A stretch of DNA of 63,261 nucleotides, filler included, from Candidatus Desantisbacteria bacterium CG1_02_49_89 (GCA_001871075.1; 3 parts of 3 records of this genome joined end to end with filler, not necessarily neighbours in it), one strand, 5' to 3'. Numbered from the whole stretch's first letter, positions 1 through 10,050 are shown. Numbers and translations are program-made. The notes: a model not told the origin generated them from the sequence alone.

Positions 1-515
1 CTGAACAACCAAAAATTAGCACAGATGATTTTAAAGGAGAGGGTACCTTTAAAAATGACCTTAGAAATATTGAATATTTATCGGAAAAAAGCATGATTAA
101 AGGATTGGTGAATCTATTGGGAAGTAAATTTAAGGAAAGTGTTTTAAATGATGAAGGTGAATTCTATTGGACACATCATACAAAATGTCCAAGTAGAAAA
201 AAAAATCAAACTAAACCGAAATGTGCACAGAACTATCTTTTGAGTGATATTGAGATTTTTCCTAATCTCGAAGTAATAATAGCAGTGTCAGCAGATGCCG
301 CAAATTATCTGCTACACGAATTTAAAAAAAGTGAGAATAATAACGATTGGATTTGGTTAGAAATAGGTAAAATATTCGGTGCAAACAAAGAAAAATTTGA
401 AATAACAATTAAAAATATGAAGCTTAAGTTTTTATCTTTTCCTCATACAAGTGGTGCTAACCCATGCAATTGGTTAAACGAGAAATTATCAATATTATTA
501 AAAGATATTGTATAA
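1..515 (+). CDS. Uracil-DNA glycosylase-like superfamily protein, 5'-truncated by the window edge
   Basis: Frame is open from base 3 to the stop at 515. Motifs HHTKCPS..PKCAQNYL and FPHTSGAN resemble the UDG-superfamily KC..C and HPS motifs. AT-rich. Confidence 0.55.
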   Translation, partial: EQPKISTDDFKGEGTFKNDLRNIEYLSEKSMIKGLVNLLGSKFKESVLNDEGEFYWTHHTKCPSRKKNQTKPKCAQNYLLSDIEIFPNLEVIIAVSADAANYLLHEFKKSENNNDWIWLEIGKIFGANKEKFEITIKNMKLKFLSFPHTSGANPCNWLNEKLSILLKDIV

Positions 516-636
516 ATAAAGGATGTAAAATTGGGCGACGGTTCTATTTTCCCAGCCGACATATTCAGTGTCCAGTATCCAGTATCCAGTGTCCAGCTTG
601 AAACTGTATAGGCAGGGATGATTCTATCTCTTAAAT

Positions 637-988
637 AGATAAAAATCAAACTGAAGCAATAAAAAAAGAGACAATCGCTATGAAAACCAACATCACTTTT
701 CGTAATTCCGGGTAATTCCGGGGACACAATACTTAATTCCTTAAATACCGTCGAACGTCGAACGTCGTAAGTCGAACGTGATAAAAATAAGGAACTCGGA
801 CCCCCATGTCTGTTCGCAGACCTATACGGGGGTCTGCCTTGTAGGCAAAACTCGGACCCCCAGGTCTGTTCGCAGACCTACACGGGGGGGGTCTGCCTTA
901 TAGGCAACGGTTCTATTTCCTAACAGATAAAAATCAAACTGAAGCAATAAAAAAAGAGACAATCGCTATGAAAACCAACATTACTTTT
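637..988 (+). repeat. 64-bp direct repeat (637-700 and 925-988) containing the first codons of the 968 ORF
   Basis: AGATAAAAATCAAACTGAAGCAATAAAAAAAGAGACAATCGCTATGAAAACCAACAT(C/T)ACTTTT occurs twice. The first copy reads MKTNITFRNSG-stop. Confidence 0.9.
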
Positions 989-1280
989 AAGCGGAAATGC
1001 CGCCTGGCAAGAATGGCAGTGCAGTTAGACCCGTCCACTGTGTCGGGCGTAAAGCACATCATTAGATTAGCCAGGAGAAGCGGGCTCAGCCTTGACAGGC
1101 TCGTTTCCTACCTGAACGCTTATGAGACGGCGGGCGAATCCGGCATAATAAAGGGGACGGGTTCATTTAATTAAAAGGTTCAAAGGAAGAAACGTTCTTG
1201 AAAGCAAAAGGTTCTTTATAGGCAGAACTCGGACCCCCAGATCTGTTCGCAGACCTACACGGGGGTCTGCCTTATAGGCA
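793..1280. repeat. Three copies of a ~55-bp nested-hairpin repeat (793-847, 849-906, 1226-1280)
   Basis: Consensus AACTCGGACCCCC-AGGTCTG-TTCG-CAGACCT-ACAC-GGGGGTC-TGCCT-TAT-AGGCA. The first two copies are tandem. Confidence 0.9.
968..1174 (+). CDS. Small hypothetical protein (68 aa)
   Basis: ATG with a weak GAGA upstream. Embedded in a repeat mosaic. No recognisable motif. Confidence 0.35.
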   Translation: MKTNITFKRKCRLARMAVQLDPSTVSGVKHIIRLARRSGLSLDRLVSYLNAYETAGESGIIKGTGSFN

Positions 1281-1376
1281 AAGAAACCATTTCCACCTCG
1301 CAGGTGGAACCGGTAAAAATCTTTGCGAAGAATAGCGCCGTAATCGGACATTTTTTTGATATATGCTATTTTTATC

Positions 1377-1405
1377 TTGACTTTTTTAGCATATTGTGTT
1401 AAAAT
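1377..1405 (+). promoter_or_regulatory. Sigma70-type promoter for the AAA ATPase
   Basis: TTGACT (1377-1382), 17-bp spacer, TGn-TAAAAT (1400-1405). AAGGGG SD before the ATG at 1424. Confidence 0.7.
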
Positions 1406-1423
1406 AGTCCTAAAGGGGATAAT

Positions 1424-2698
1424 ATGGAACTTCTTGACAGAGAAATTATAGATAAGATAAAACCCTGGTTGGACAAACCCGAGATCATAGTGCTTTTAGG
1501 AGCAAGGCAGGTAGGCAAAACCAGCATAATGAAAATTATTGCTGAAAAAGTGCCGGGTAAATCCATGTATTTTGACCTGGAAGATACATATAATCTTAAT
1601 ATTTTTGGTTCAGTGGATAATTTCTTATCTTACCTTAAAAGCCAGGGTATTGATGAAAAGGAGCGGACTTTTGTTTTTATAGATGAAGTACAGTATCTTC
1701 CCCGGACATCCAATTTCCTGAAAATTATTCACGACCATTATCCCAATATTAAATTACTCGTTTCAGGCTCTTCTTCTTTTGACATAAAGAAGAAATTCAG
1801 CGACAGCTTAACCGGCAGGAAGATAGTATTTGAAATTTATCCCTTAAGTTTCGCGGAATTTCTTAAATTTAAGCAAAGCGAATATGCTAAAATTAAGGCC
1901 GGCGTAAACCTTCACGGCGTTCTTGAAAATTTTGAGCATTTTGCCGCGTTGGAAATTATGACAAAAAAGATCGCCCCCTTATTTGAGGAATACGCCCGTT
2001 TTGGAGGGTATCCCCTGCCGGCGCTTACTCAACGCGAGGAAGAGCGTGTCCTGAGACTTAAAGAAATCCACAATACCTATATCCAGAAAGACATTAAGGA
2101 CCTTGCCCGCATTGAGAACATCCTTGAGTTTAACAAATTCGTATCCTATCTTGCGGTTCAGATCTCCAATCTTTTGAATATAAATGAAGTTACCAAAGAG
2201 GCAGGCATATCCAGGAGGACCGCCGAGCGTTATATTTCCATTCTTGAAAAAACCTTTGTTTTAAACCTGGTAAAACCTTTTTATAAAAACAGGCAAAAGG
2301 AAATAACAAAAATGGCAAAATTATATTTCACGGATAATGGCTTGAGAAACGTAAATATAGGGGACATAAGGCCTCTTGAAGTGAGGCAGGATAAAGGAGC
2401 TTTGCTGGAAAATACTTTTTATATGGAGCTGATTAGAAACAAGGAACCGCTTGAAGAAATTTATTTCTGGCGCGCCAAAGATAAAAATGAGGTTGATTTT
2501 ATTATTTCAAAAAGCAGAGAATTGGTGCCCCTGGAAGTAAAATACCAAAATTTTAAACTTCCATCCATACCTAATTCACTTAAATCTTTCATTGCAAAGT
2601 ATTCGCCCCCGAAAGCAGTGATTCTCACTAAAGATTATATACAGAAAACAGCATATCTGAAAACAGAAGTTTATTTCATGCCTTTGTGGATGGCATAG
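1424..2698 (+). CDS. AAA_14 ATPase with DUF4143 C-terminal domain (COG1373 type)
   Basis: Walker A GARQVGKT, Walker B FIDEVQ, SGSS, GGYP, KLYFTDNG, and C-terminal EVDF...EVK. Confidence 0.9.
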   Translation: MELLDREIIDKIKPWLDKPEIIVLLGARQVGKTSIMKIIAEKVPGKSMYFDLEDTYNLNIFGSVDNFLSYLKSQGIDEKERTFVFIDEVQYLPRTSNFLKIIHDHYPNIKLLVSGSSSFDIKKKFSDSLTGRKIVFEIYPLSFAEFLKFKQSEYAKIKAGVNLHGVLENFEHFAALEIMTKKIAPLFEEYARFGGYPLPALTQREEERVLRLKEIHNTYIQKDIKDLARIENILEFNKFVSYLAVQISNLLNINEVTKEAGISRRTAERYISILEKTFVLNLVKPFYKNRQKEITKMAKLYFTDNGLRNVNIGDIRPLEVRQDKGALLENTFYMELIRNKEPLEEIYFWRAKDKNEVDFIISKSRELVPLEVKYQNFKLPSIPNSLKSFIAKYSPPKAVILTKDYIQKTAYLKTEVYFMPLWMA

Positions 2699-2828
2699 TT
2701 TTTTCAATAAGAGGGTCTAATTAATTCACGTGGCTGATTTCAGTGCTGGTGTCCAGTTTAAAGATTGTTTAGCAAAAATATGATTTAACCCCCCGCGGCT
2801 TGCCGCGGGGTAATTCAAAATTTTGTTT

Positions 2829-2899
2829 TCATTGCGGACGAAAGCGAAGCAATCCAGACCTTTTAGATTGCTTCGTCACTGCTGTTCCTCGCAATGACA
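2829..2899. repeat. TCATTGCG..GAAGCAATC / GATTGCTTCG..CTCGCAATGACA palindromic doublet (gene-less copy)
   Basis: Same family at 9966-10032, 13362-13402 plus 13725-13801, 16249-16402, and inside the MITE copies. Confidence 0.85.
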
Positions 2900-2914
2900 A
2901 TGTTAAGGAAAAAA

Positions 2915-3289
2915 ATGATTTCATATGAAGACGCGCCGGACATAAGGGCGAAGATAGAAAGCATAATTGCGGCAGCAGGGCTGGCGCACATAAAACAGGA
3001 GTCGCTGACCTGCATGCGGTCGCGGGGGACAAATTCGCGCCGCGTCATAGCCAGGTGCCACGCCCTGCCAAGGATAATGCAGAAAGCGCTTGGTGCCGTG
3101 CCGCACTACGTTATAGAGATCGTAAGCGAAAGGTTCGACAAGCTTTCCGAGGAAGAAAGGACAAAGACCCTTATCCACGAGCTCATGCACATACCGAAGG
3201 CTTTCGGCGGCGGGTTCGTGCACCACAACATGGTCAACGCGAGGGAAGTTGAGAAAGTTTGGAAAAAGATTGCCAAGGGATTATTATGA
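2915..3289 (+). CDS. Putative zinc metallopeptidase (HExxH)
   Basis: TLIHELMHIP motif. Start moved to MISYEDAP after AAGGA. Stop overlaps the next start (ATGA). Confidence 0.7.
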   Translation: MISYEDAPDIRAKIESIIAAAGLAHIKQESLTCMRSRGTNSRRVIARCHALPRIMQKALGAVPHYVIEIVSERFDKLSEEERTKTLIHELMHIPKAFGGGFVHHNMVNAREVEKVWKKIAKGLL

Positions 3290-4098
3290 GGGGAATAGGT
3301 CTGGCGCTTGGGGGCGGGGGAGTGAAGGGTTTCGCGCATATCGGCGTGCTGCGCGTGCTGAAGCGTGAAAAAATACCGATCGGCGCAATATGCGGGACAA
3401 GCATGGGCGCGATCATCGGCGGGCTCTACTCTCTCAATGAAGACCTGGAAAAAGTCGAGAGCATGGTGTTTGGATTGCTTGAGCGTGAGGGTTTTGACCA
3501 GCTGGCAAAGCCGGATAAGAAGCACCTTCCTTTTGATATAAAGGGCTACAGGGACATAAACAAGATGGAAAAGAAGATGAAAGAATCCCTGCCGGATAAA
3601 GAAATGAAAGACACAAAGGTGCCGTTCGTCGCGGTCGCAACGGACCTGAGCAACGGGGCAAGGGTTGTGATAAAGGAAGGTTCTATGAGGGATGCCCTGT
3701 CTGCAAGCTCAAGCGTGCCCGGCGTGCTTGACCCGGTAAAATACCGGGAAAAATACCTGGTGGACGGCATTCTGTCCGACAACGTGCCTGTGCGGGAAGT
3801 GAAAAAAATGGGCGCGAAGAAGATCCTCGCGGTGCACGTTACGCCCAGCATCAGTTTTAAGGAATCGCCAAAAGGCAGGATCGACGTTCTCCTTAAGAGT
3901 TTCCTTTTAATGCTGAACAGGATGTCCCTGGGGTCCGGAGACGAAGCAGACCTGCTTCTTGAGCCGGACCTTGAAGTGATCCCTTACGCGGATTTCCGCT
4001 ACGCGCGGCTCTGCGCTGACCTGGGCGAAAAAACGGCGGGCGAGAACATTGAAAAGATAAAGAAGATGGTGAGCTTGCTGGACCTTTTATTCAGATAA
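3286..4098 (+). CDS. Patatin-like phospholipase
   Basis: LALGGGGVKG oxyanion loop, GTSMG nucleophile and LVDG catalytic Asp motif. Confidence 0.9.
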   Translation: MRGIGLALGGGGVKGFAHIGVLRVLKREKIPIGAICGTSMGAIIGGLYSLNEDLEKVESMVFGLLEREGFDQLAKPDKKHLPFDIKGYRDINKMEKKMKESLPDKEMKDTKVPFVAVATDLSNGARVVIKEGSMRDALSASSSVPGVLDPVKYREKYLVDGILSDNVPVREVKKMGAKKILAVHVTPSISFKESPKGRIDVLLKSFLLMLNRMSLGSGDEADLLLEPDLEVIPYADFRYARLCADLGEKTAGENIEKIKKMVSLLDLLFR

Positions 4099-4111
4099 AT
4101 AAGGAAAAACA

Positions 4112-5215
4112 ATGACAGAAAGAGAAAGACTTCTTGCGGTTTTCAGGGATGAGAAGCCGGATATGACCCCGTGGTACGCCGACCTTTCCTACTGGTATAC
4201 CGGCAGGAAGGCAATGGGCAGTCTTGACCGAAAATACGAAGGCGAGGAGGGTTATGTCGGCCTGCACAGGGATGCGGGAGCAGGCATATACCTGTTTGCG
4301 CCACAGGTCTGGAAGGAGGAAGCCGGGGAGGGCATAAAGGTCGAGCAGGAAAGGAACGGCAACGAAATATTCACGGGTATTTCCACTCCTGCCGGAAAGA
4401 TCAGGTCTGTTGAAAGATACCTGCCGGGATCATACACGACCGCGTACGTGGAACACTATATCAAGGAGCCCGGGGACCTGAAGGTGATGCGCTATTATTT
4501 TAAAAACCGCAGGATAAGCCCTTCGTTTGACGACTTTAACAGGATCGACAGGCTCTGGGGAGAGTGGGGGATGCCGGTTCTTCTCTCGCCGGTATGCACA
4601 TCACCCCTGCAGACCCTGATAACGCGCTGGGCAGGGATCCAGACAACCGTTTTCCTGCTTGCGGACGCGAGGGAAGAGGTGGAGCGGACGATATCCGAGA
4701 TCGAGGAGAGCGACAGCGCGATCTTTGAGATAATCGCAGGGTCGCCTGCCCGGATAGTTGAATTTCCGGAAAATCTTTCCGGTGAAGTTACCGGCGCGAA
4801 GCTGATCGAGAAATACGAAATGCCCTACTGGAAAAAAAGGATAAAGCAGCTGCGGGACACAGGCAAGCTCCTGGCGATCCACAATGACGGCACATTAAAG
4901 CAGTCCCTGCCCCTTCTTATTGACACGGGGTTTGACGCTGTTGAGTCCATAACCCCCGCGCCTGTGGGGGATATGACCAATGAAGAGATAAGGGAGATGG
5001 CAGGCGACAGGCTGATCGTCTGGGGAGGGCTGCCCGCCGCGCTTTTCTCGCCGGTTTACTCCGAGGATTTCTTCGCGGAATACCTTAATAAAGCCCTGGA
5101 TATTTTCCCGCCTGGCTCAAAATTCATCCTCAGCGCGGCTGATGAGGTCCCGCCGGACTCGGAGTTTGAGCGTATATGCCTTGTGCGCAAAATACTGAAC
5201 GCGCGCAGGAGATAA
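4112..5215 (+). CDS. Uroporphyrinogen decarboxylase/MtaA-CmuA family TIM-barrel protein
   Basis: N-terminal MTERERLLA, then HNDG, ESITPAPVGD, VWGG and FILS..DEVPPD, typical of the URO-D-like family. Confidence 0.75.
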   Translation: MTERERLLAVFRDEKPDMTPWYADLSYWYTGRKAMGSLDRKYEGEEGYVGLHRDAGAGIYLFAPQVWKEEAGEGIKVEQERNGNEIFTGISTPAGKIRSVERYLPGSYTTAYVEHYIKEPGDLKVMRYYFKNRRISPSFDDFNRIDRLWGEWGMPVLLSPVCTSPLQTLITRWAGIQTTVFLLADAREEVERTISEIEESDSAIFEIIAGSPARIVEFPENLSGEVTGAKLIEKYEMPYWKKRIKQLRDTGKLLAIHNDGTLKQSLPLLIDTGFDAVESITPAPVGDMTNEEIREMAGDRLIVWGGLPAALFSPVYSEDFFAEYLNKALDIFPPGSKFILSAADEVPPDSEFERICLVRKILNARRR

Positions 5216-5235
5216 TCAATGAAGGTGGTTGCACG

Positions 5236-5796
5236 ATGAAAATCGTAAAGATAATGTTTGCGGCAATAATTCTGATGTGCGCGATATCCTCCGCCCGCGC
5301 GGAGACAGTAACCCTGGACGCAAAAGCCGTTTACTGCAACCTGATGGAAAGCTCGCCGGGCAGGATAAAGAACGCGCAGCTGTACGCGTGCTGCGGAAGC
5401 CCTGAAGACATCAGGAAAGACCTTTCCGGCAGCATCGTGCGCGGGGAGAAGCGGCCGCCTGCGATATTCTCGGAGAACGACGCGGTCACGCTTGTTGTGT
5501 TCAGGGGCCTTTTTTGGAACGGAGGGCGCAGCGTCCGCATAGAAAAGGTGGAAAGGGCCGGTAATACATTTTACGTTCACGCGGCCTATATCAACACGGC
5601 GCGGGGCTTATTCGTCATTCAGGCGCGCACATATCCTGCCGCGCTTGTGGACATAGGCAGGCTGCTGAAGGGCAAGTACGAGGCAAAGCTCATGGTAACA
5701 AGGGTGACCCGTGACTGGAAAGGCGGGTATGTGGACATTGTGCAGGAGAAGGAAAAAGACAAAGAACGCGCAAGCATTTCCTTTGAAATAAAATAG
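5236..5796 (+). CDS. Exported hypothetical protein (PrcB C-terminal-like beta domain)
   Basis: Signal peptide MKIVKIMFAAIILMCAISSARA. VVFRG..GG.SVRIEKV..TYPA pattern. Confidence 0.55.
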   Translation: MKIVKIMFAAIILMCAISSARAETVTLDAKAVYCNLMESSPGRIKNAQLYACCGSPEDIRKDLSGSIVRGEKRPPAIFSENDAVTLVVFRGLFWNGGRSVRIEKVERAGNTFYVHAAYINTARGLFVIQARTYPAALVDIGRLLKGKYEAKLMVTRVTRDWKGGYVDIVQEKEKDKERASISFEIK

Positions 5797-5956
5797 GTCA
5801 AATGTCAAAAGTCAAAGGTCAAATGTCAAAAGTGAAAACGAGTTTAGCCGGTTTGATCTGTTAAGCCAGTTTTGAACCTTAATCTCAATCTAAATTTTCA
5901 TCTGTTATTGCGATGCACGATGCACGACGGACGATGCACAAGAGAAAGGAGAAAAG

Positions 5957-8539
5957 ATGATACAGGCGGCAAAGGATCTAAGGACCGAGTACGCGGTGGA
6001 ACCGGTTGGGATAGACAGTGCGCAGCCGAGGTTTTCGTGGTGCCTTGAGCATGCGGAGCGGGGTCAGAAGCAGACAGCGTACCAGGTGGTCGTATCAGAC
6101 GGCAAAAAGGACGCGTGGGACACCGGGAAGGTGGTGTCAAGCGAAAATTTTGGGATAGTTTACGGGGGGAAGCCGCTTGAAAGCAATAAAACTTATTGTT
6201 GGAAGGTGAAATGGTGGGACAAGGACGGCGCAGAGAGCCTTTTCACCGGGTCTTGCTTTGACACCGGGTTACTGCAAGCGTCGGACTGGAAAGCGAAATG
6301 GATATGGGGCAAGAACCTTCTGCGCGGAACCTTCAAGATCGAGAAGGAAGTAAAAAGAGCGCGCGTTTTTGTCTGCGGCCTGGGTTTCCATGAACTCTAT
6401 ATCAACGGGAAGAAAGCCGGGGACAGGAAACTTGAGCCGGGGTGGACTGATTATAAAAAAATAGTTCTGTATTCTACGTTTGAAATTGAAGATCTGCTCA
6501 GAAAAGGCGAGAACGCGGTCGGCATAATGCTTGGGAACGGAAGGCACGTGCCGGATTATAAATATAGCAAGCCCAAGGCGATAATGCAGATCGAGATAGA
6601 GTTTACCGAAGGCGTGAGGCAGACCGTTATTACCGATGAGGCGTGGAAGACATGCCAGGGGCCGATTGTTTCCGACGGTATTTATCTGGGGGAAACATAT
6701 GACGCTCGTGAGGAAAAAAACGGCTGGGACATGCCGGGTTATGACGACGGTTCCTGGGAAAGGGCTGAGACCGCTGAACCTTCGGGCGGCAAACTTGTTT
6801 CTTCAGCCGGACTTTCGCCCGTCAGGATTGTGAAAACAATGCAGCCGAAGAAAATGACTGAACCGAAACCCGGGGTCTTCATTTTTGATTTCGGGCAGAA
6901 CTTCTCCGGATGGCTGAGGCTGCGCAGGTTGAAAGGCGCGAAAGGGACAGCCGTCACGATAAGGCATTCTGAGCTCGTCCGCGATGACGGAAACCTGAAT
7001 GCGATCCCCATGGGAGGGGCTAAGGCGGCAGACGTTTATATAATGAAAGGTGAAGGTATTGAAACATATGAGCCGCGGTTCACGTACCACGGTTTCAGGT
7101 TCGCCGAGATCACGGGTTTCCCTGGAATGCCGTCTCTTGACGACATCGAGGCAAAGGTCGTGCACTCAGACGTGGAACAGACAGGCAGCTTTTCCTGCTC
7201 TGACGACCTCATCAATGCTATTCACAAGATCATCCTGTGGGGACAGGTCTCAAACCTTATGAGCGTTCCCACTGACTGCCCGCAGAGGGCCGAAAGGATG
7301 GGCTGGATGGGAGATGCGCAGCTCTCAGCAGAGGAGGCGGTGCACAACTTCGATATGTCCGTGTTCTACCCCAAATACATCAGGGATATGAGGCACGCCC
7401 AGAAGGAATCAGGGGATGTGCCTGACGTGGTGCCGCCGTACTGGGACCCAGATCCGTCTGACCCGGCGTGGGGGACCGCGTATATTACGATATCCTGGCA
7501 CCTTTACCTTTATTACGGGGATAGAAGGATACTTGAGGAAAATTATGAGGGATTTAAAAAATGGATCTCGTACCTGGGTTCTGTTTCAAAAGATCTCATA
7601 GTGATGAAAAATACCTACGGGGACTGGTGCCCGCCCATGCAGGTAAAATCCTATTACACTCCCGGAGAGTTAACTTCAACCTGGTATTTTTACGAGAACT
7701 GCCTGCTTATAAGCCGCATAGCCAAACTCCTGGGAAACCCGCGGGACGAAAAGGACTACGCGGCGCTTGCCCAGAAAGTAAAGGAGGCGTTCAATAAAAC
7801 CTTCCTGAAAGAAACCTTTTACTGCGACCCGTACAGCCAGACAGCTAACCTCCTGCCGCTTTTCCTGGATATGGCGCCGCCTGAAAAACAGCAGAAGGTT
7901 GTTGAAACGCTTGTGAACACCGTGGTGGTGAATAACAGCTATCATCTTAACACAGGCATTATCGGAACCCGGTTCCTGTTCGAAACGCTTACGAAGTTTA
8001 ACAGGCCGGACATTGCTTTAAGGATAATAAAACAGGAGTCGTTCCCGGGATGGGGCTATATGATAAGGGAAGGCGCCACAACCGTATGGGAAAGGTGGGA
8101 GTACCTGGATGACGGTGGAATGAACTCGCACAACCACATAATGCTGGGAAGCGTGGACGCCTGGTTCTACAGGAAGCTTGCCGGCATACAGGTTGACCCC
8201 GATAATCCCGGTTTTGAGAAAATGACCATAAGCCCGTATTTCGCGCCTGATTTGAAATTCGCCGGCGCTTCAATGCGCACCGTCCGCGGGTTTGTTTCAT
8301 CCGGATGGGAGAGGAAAAACGGGAACACTGTCCTGAAGATCAGTATCCCTGTAGGCAGCACGGCTTCAGTGGTCCTGCCCGCGAAAGAAAGCTCTGCGGT
8401 CACGGAAAGCGGCAAGGCGGTCTGGAAGGACGGGAAATTCGTGTCCGGGAGCGCCGGCGTAAAGAACGCTGAAGTTGAGCAGGACAACATTGTGATAGAG
8501 GTCAGCTCTGGGAACTATTTGTTTGAGATTAATAAATAA
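5957..8539 (+). CDS. Alpha-L-rhamnosidase, GH78
   Basis: PRFSW, DFGQN, PRFTYHGFR, PTDCPQR.ER.GW.GD, TTVWERW and SHNH motifs. AAAGGAG SD. Confidence 0.93.
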   Translation: MIQAAKDLRTEYAVEPVGIDSAQPRFSWCLEHAERGQKQTAYQVVVSDGKKDAWDTGKVVSSENFGIVYGGKPLESNKTYCWKVKWWDKDGAESLFTGSCFDTGLLQASDWKAKWIWGKNLLRGTFKIEKEVKRARVFVCGLGFHELYINGKKAGDRKLEPGWTDYKKIVLYSTFEIEDLLRKGENAVGIMLGNGRHVPDYKYSKPKAIMQIEIEFTEGVRQTVITDEAWKTCQGPIVSDGIYLGETYDAREEKNGWDMPGYDDGSWERAETAEPSGGKLVSSAGLSPVRIVKTMQPKKMTEPKPGVFIFDFGQNFSGWLRLRRLKGAKGTAVTIRHSELVRDDGNLNAIPMGGAKAADVYIMKGEGIETYEPRFTYHGFRFAEITGFPGMPSLDDIEAKVVHSDVEQTGSFSCSDDLINAIHKIILWGQVSNLMSVPTDCPQRAERMGWMGDAQLSAEEAVHNFDMSVFYPKYIRDMRHAQKESGDVPDVVPPYWDPDPSDPAWGTAYITISWHLYLYYGDRRILEENYEGFKKWISYLGSVSKDLIVMKNTYGDWCPPMQVKSYYTPGELTSTWYFYENCLLISRIAKLLGNPRDEKDYAALAQKVKEAFNKTFLKETFYCDPYSQTANLLPLFLDMAPPEKQQKVVETLVNTVVVNNSYHLNTGIIGTRFLFETLTKFNRPDIALRIIKQESFPGWGYMIREGATTVWERWEYLDDGGMNSHNHIMLGSVDAWFYRKLAGIQVDPDNPGFEKMTISPYFAPDLKFAGASMRTVRGFVSSGWERKNGNTVLKISIPVGSTASVVLPAKESSAVTESGKAVWKDGKFVSGSAGVKNAEVEQDNIVIEVSSGNYLFEINK

Positions 8540-8583
8540 TCCCCCTTAAATCCCCCTTTAGAAAAGGGGGAGAGAGGGGGATT
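8538..8583. repeat. AATCCCCCT-AATCCCCCTTT / AAAGGGGGA-AGGGGGATT hairpin repeat family
   Basis: Further copies at 26099-26143, 26674-26761, 44840-44884 and 46232-46306. Related variants at 22701-22843 and ~41911-41963. Confidence 0.85.
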
Positions 8584-8596
8584 TGAAGGAGATAAA

Positions 8597-9277
8597 ATGA
8601 CCAAAAAGTTCTTTTTGCTGGACGCGAACGTGATAGTGGATTATTACCTGGGCAGGCACGAGGTCCAGCGGGTTTTCAATGACCTGCTGCGCAGAAGGCA
8701 GGAGGGCAGGTGCCTGATCTTCATACCGGATTTCTGCATAAGCGAGATCTTTTCCACCTTTGCCAAGAAATGCTATTACGAGAAGGACGCGCGGGACAGG
8801 ATCTCCGAGCAGCAGTTCAGGAAGGCGAAGTGGGATTTCATAGACGATACTTCCAGGGACCTTGAATACAAAAGGGCCCAGCCGTACACGCACGTGGAAC
8901 TGAGCCAGAACCACCTGATAAACGCCCACCTCGTTTACCAGCCTGCGTGGGATTTTGTGAAGAAAGAGCATGTCAGGAAAAAGCTTGTCCGCAAGGACGG
9001 CACCTATAAATTCCCCAGCACCTTCGACCTGCTCGTAATAGCGCAGGGCGTGGAAATGGCAAAGCTGTATTCGGACGAGGATTTTGTGATCCTGACCTCG
9101 GATGAGGTGATGCTTGAGATATGCAGGCACCTGCGCAACCTGAGGCACGCCGACAAGGTGTCGTATATAAAAAGGAATGAATCAAGGCTTGAAGCCTACC
9201 ACAACCTGCCGTCCTTTAAATATCCCCGCGCGATAAACGCCAGGAATTACGGGGAAATAAAGGCGTTCCTGAGATGA
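8597..9277 (+). CDS. PIN-domain protein
   Basis: LLDANV, IPDFCISE, STFD and LTSD form the acidic PIN pattern. GAAGGAG SD. Confidence 0.75.
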   Translation: MTKKFFLLDANVIVDYYLGRHEVQRVFNDLLRRRQEGRCLIFIPDFCISEIFSTFAKKCYYEKDARDRISEQQFRKAKWDFIDDTSRDLEYKRAQPYTHVELSQNHLINAHLVYQPAWDFVKKEHVRKKLVRKDGTYKFPSTFDLLVIAQGVEMAKLYSDEDFVILTSDEVMLEICRHLRNLRHADKVSYIKRNESRLEAYHNLPSFKYPRAINARNYGEIKAFLR

Positions 9278-9285
9278 ATAACCAG

Positions 9286-9340
9286 CCCGCCCGTCCCGAA
9301 AGGCGGGCGAGGTCTCGCCCCGATATTGATCGGGGCGGAT
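9286..9340. repeat. CCCGCCCG..CGGGCGAGGTCTCGCCCCG..CGGGGCGGAT multi-hairpin repeat family
   Basis: Related copies at ~37042-37077, 44743-44796, 44936-44989, 46053-46102 and 46172-46228. Confidence 0.8.
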
Positions 9341-9354
9341 GACAAGTGACCAGC

Positions 9355-9390
9355 AAAAAAGGGCGCCGTTTTCCGGCGCCCTTCGTCTTT
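9355..9390. terminator. Intrinsic terminator between the convergent PIN and OMP genes
   Basis: AAAAAA-GGGCGCCG-TTTTC-CGGCGCCC-TTCGTCTTT hairpin with A/T tails. Confidence 0.7.
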
Positions 9391-9429
9391 ATCGCTGCCA
9401 TCTTTTTTTGATCGCTGTAATCGGATACA

Positions 9430-9954
9430 TTAAAACAAATAATACCTCGCACCCACTTCCCATGTCATACCAGGCACAAGAGCAGGAAAACTTAGCGGAC
9501 CGAATGATAAAAGACATATCGTGGTTCCATAACCAATTCCGCCGTAAATTCCCAGATTTCCCAGCCTGCCTTCTACTCCTGCTTTTGCTTCGATTTCCAT
9601 TATGGTAAATCCGGTTGGGATTCCATAGAATGAATAAGTGCTGTTTGGAATGAAGAAATAGGTGAATTCACCGCCTATATACGGCTTAACAAGCGGCAAA
9701 GGAAATTTACCGACAGCACCTACAGAAAGCGGATATACCGTCAGTCCGCTACCTAAATCCGCATATCCAATTGCAACGTTGATCGGACCCAGAACCACTT
9801 CTCCCTGGATCGCACCGAGACTCGTAACCGGAATTGAGGAAAAATTGGTAAACACGCCTAAACCTGCATACCTTACCCCTGCGCCTATGTCAAAAGCGCA
9901 GGCTGATCCCGCCGCAAGTGCTAATACCGCCAGAACAACCAGCAGTTTCTTCAT
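9430..9954 (-). CDS. Small outer-membrane beta-barrel protein
   Basis: Signal peptide MKKLLVVLAVLALAAGSACA, amphipathic strands and C-terminal aromatic motif EVGARYYLF. GGAGG SD. Confidence 0.7.
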   Translation of the reverse strand: MKKLLVVLAVLALAAGSACAFDIGAGVRYAGLGVFTNFSSIPVTSLGAIQGEVVLGPINVAIGYADLGSGLTVYPLSVGAVGKFPLPLVKPYIGGEFTYFFIPNSTYSFYGIPTGFTIMEIEAKAGVEGRLGNLGIYGGIGYGTTICLLSFGPLSFPALVPGMTWEVGARYYLF

Positions 9955-10050
9955 GTTCCCTCCATTGTCATTGCGAGTGAAACGAAGCAATCTCTAACCG
10001 AGATTACTTCGCACTTCGTGCTCGTAATGACAAAATTATTACATATATAT

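Noticed and set aside
793-1280. Hairpin repeats as a CRISPR array
   Set aside because: Units are ~55 bp, two are directly adjacent without a spacer, spacing is irregular, and there are no cas genes.
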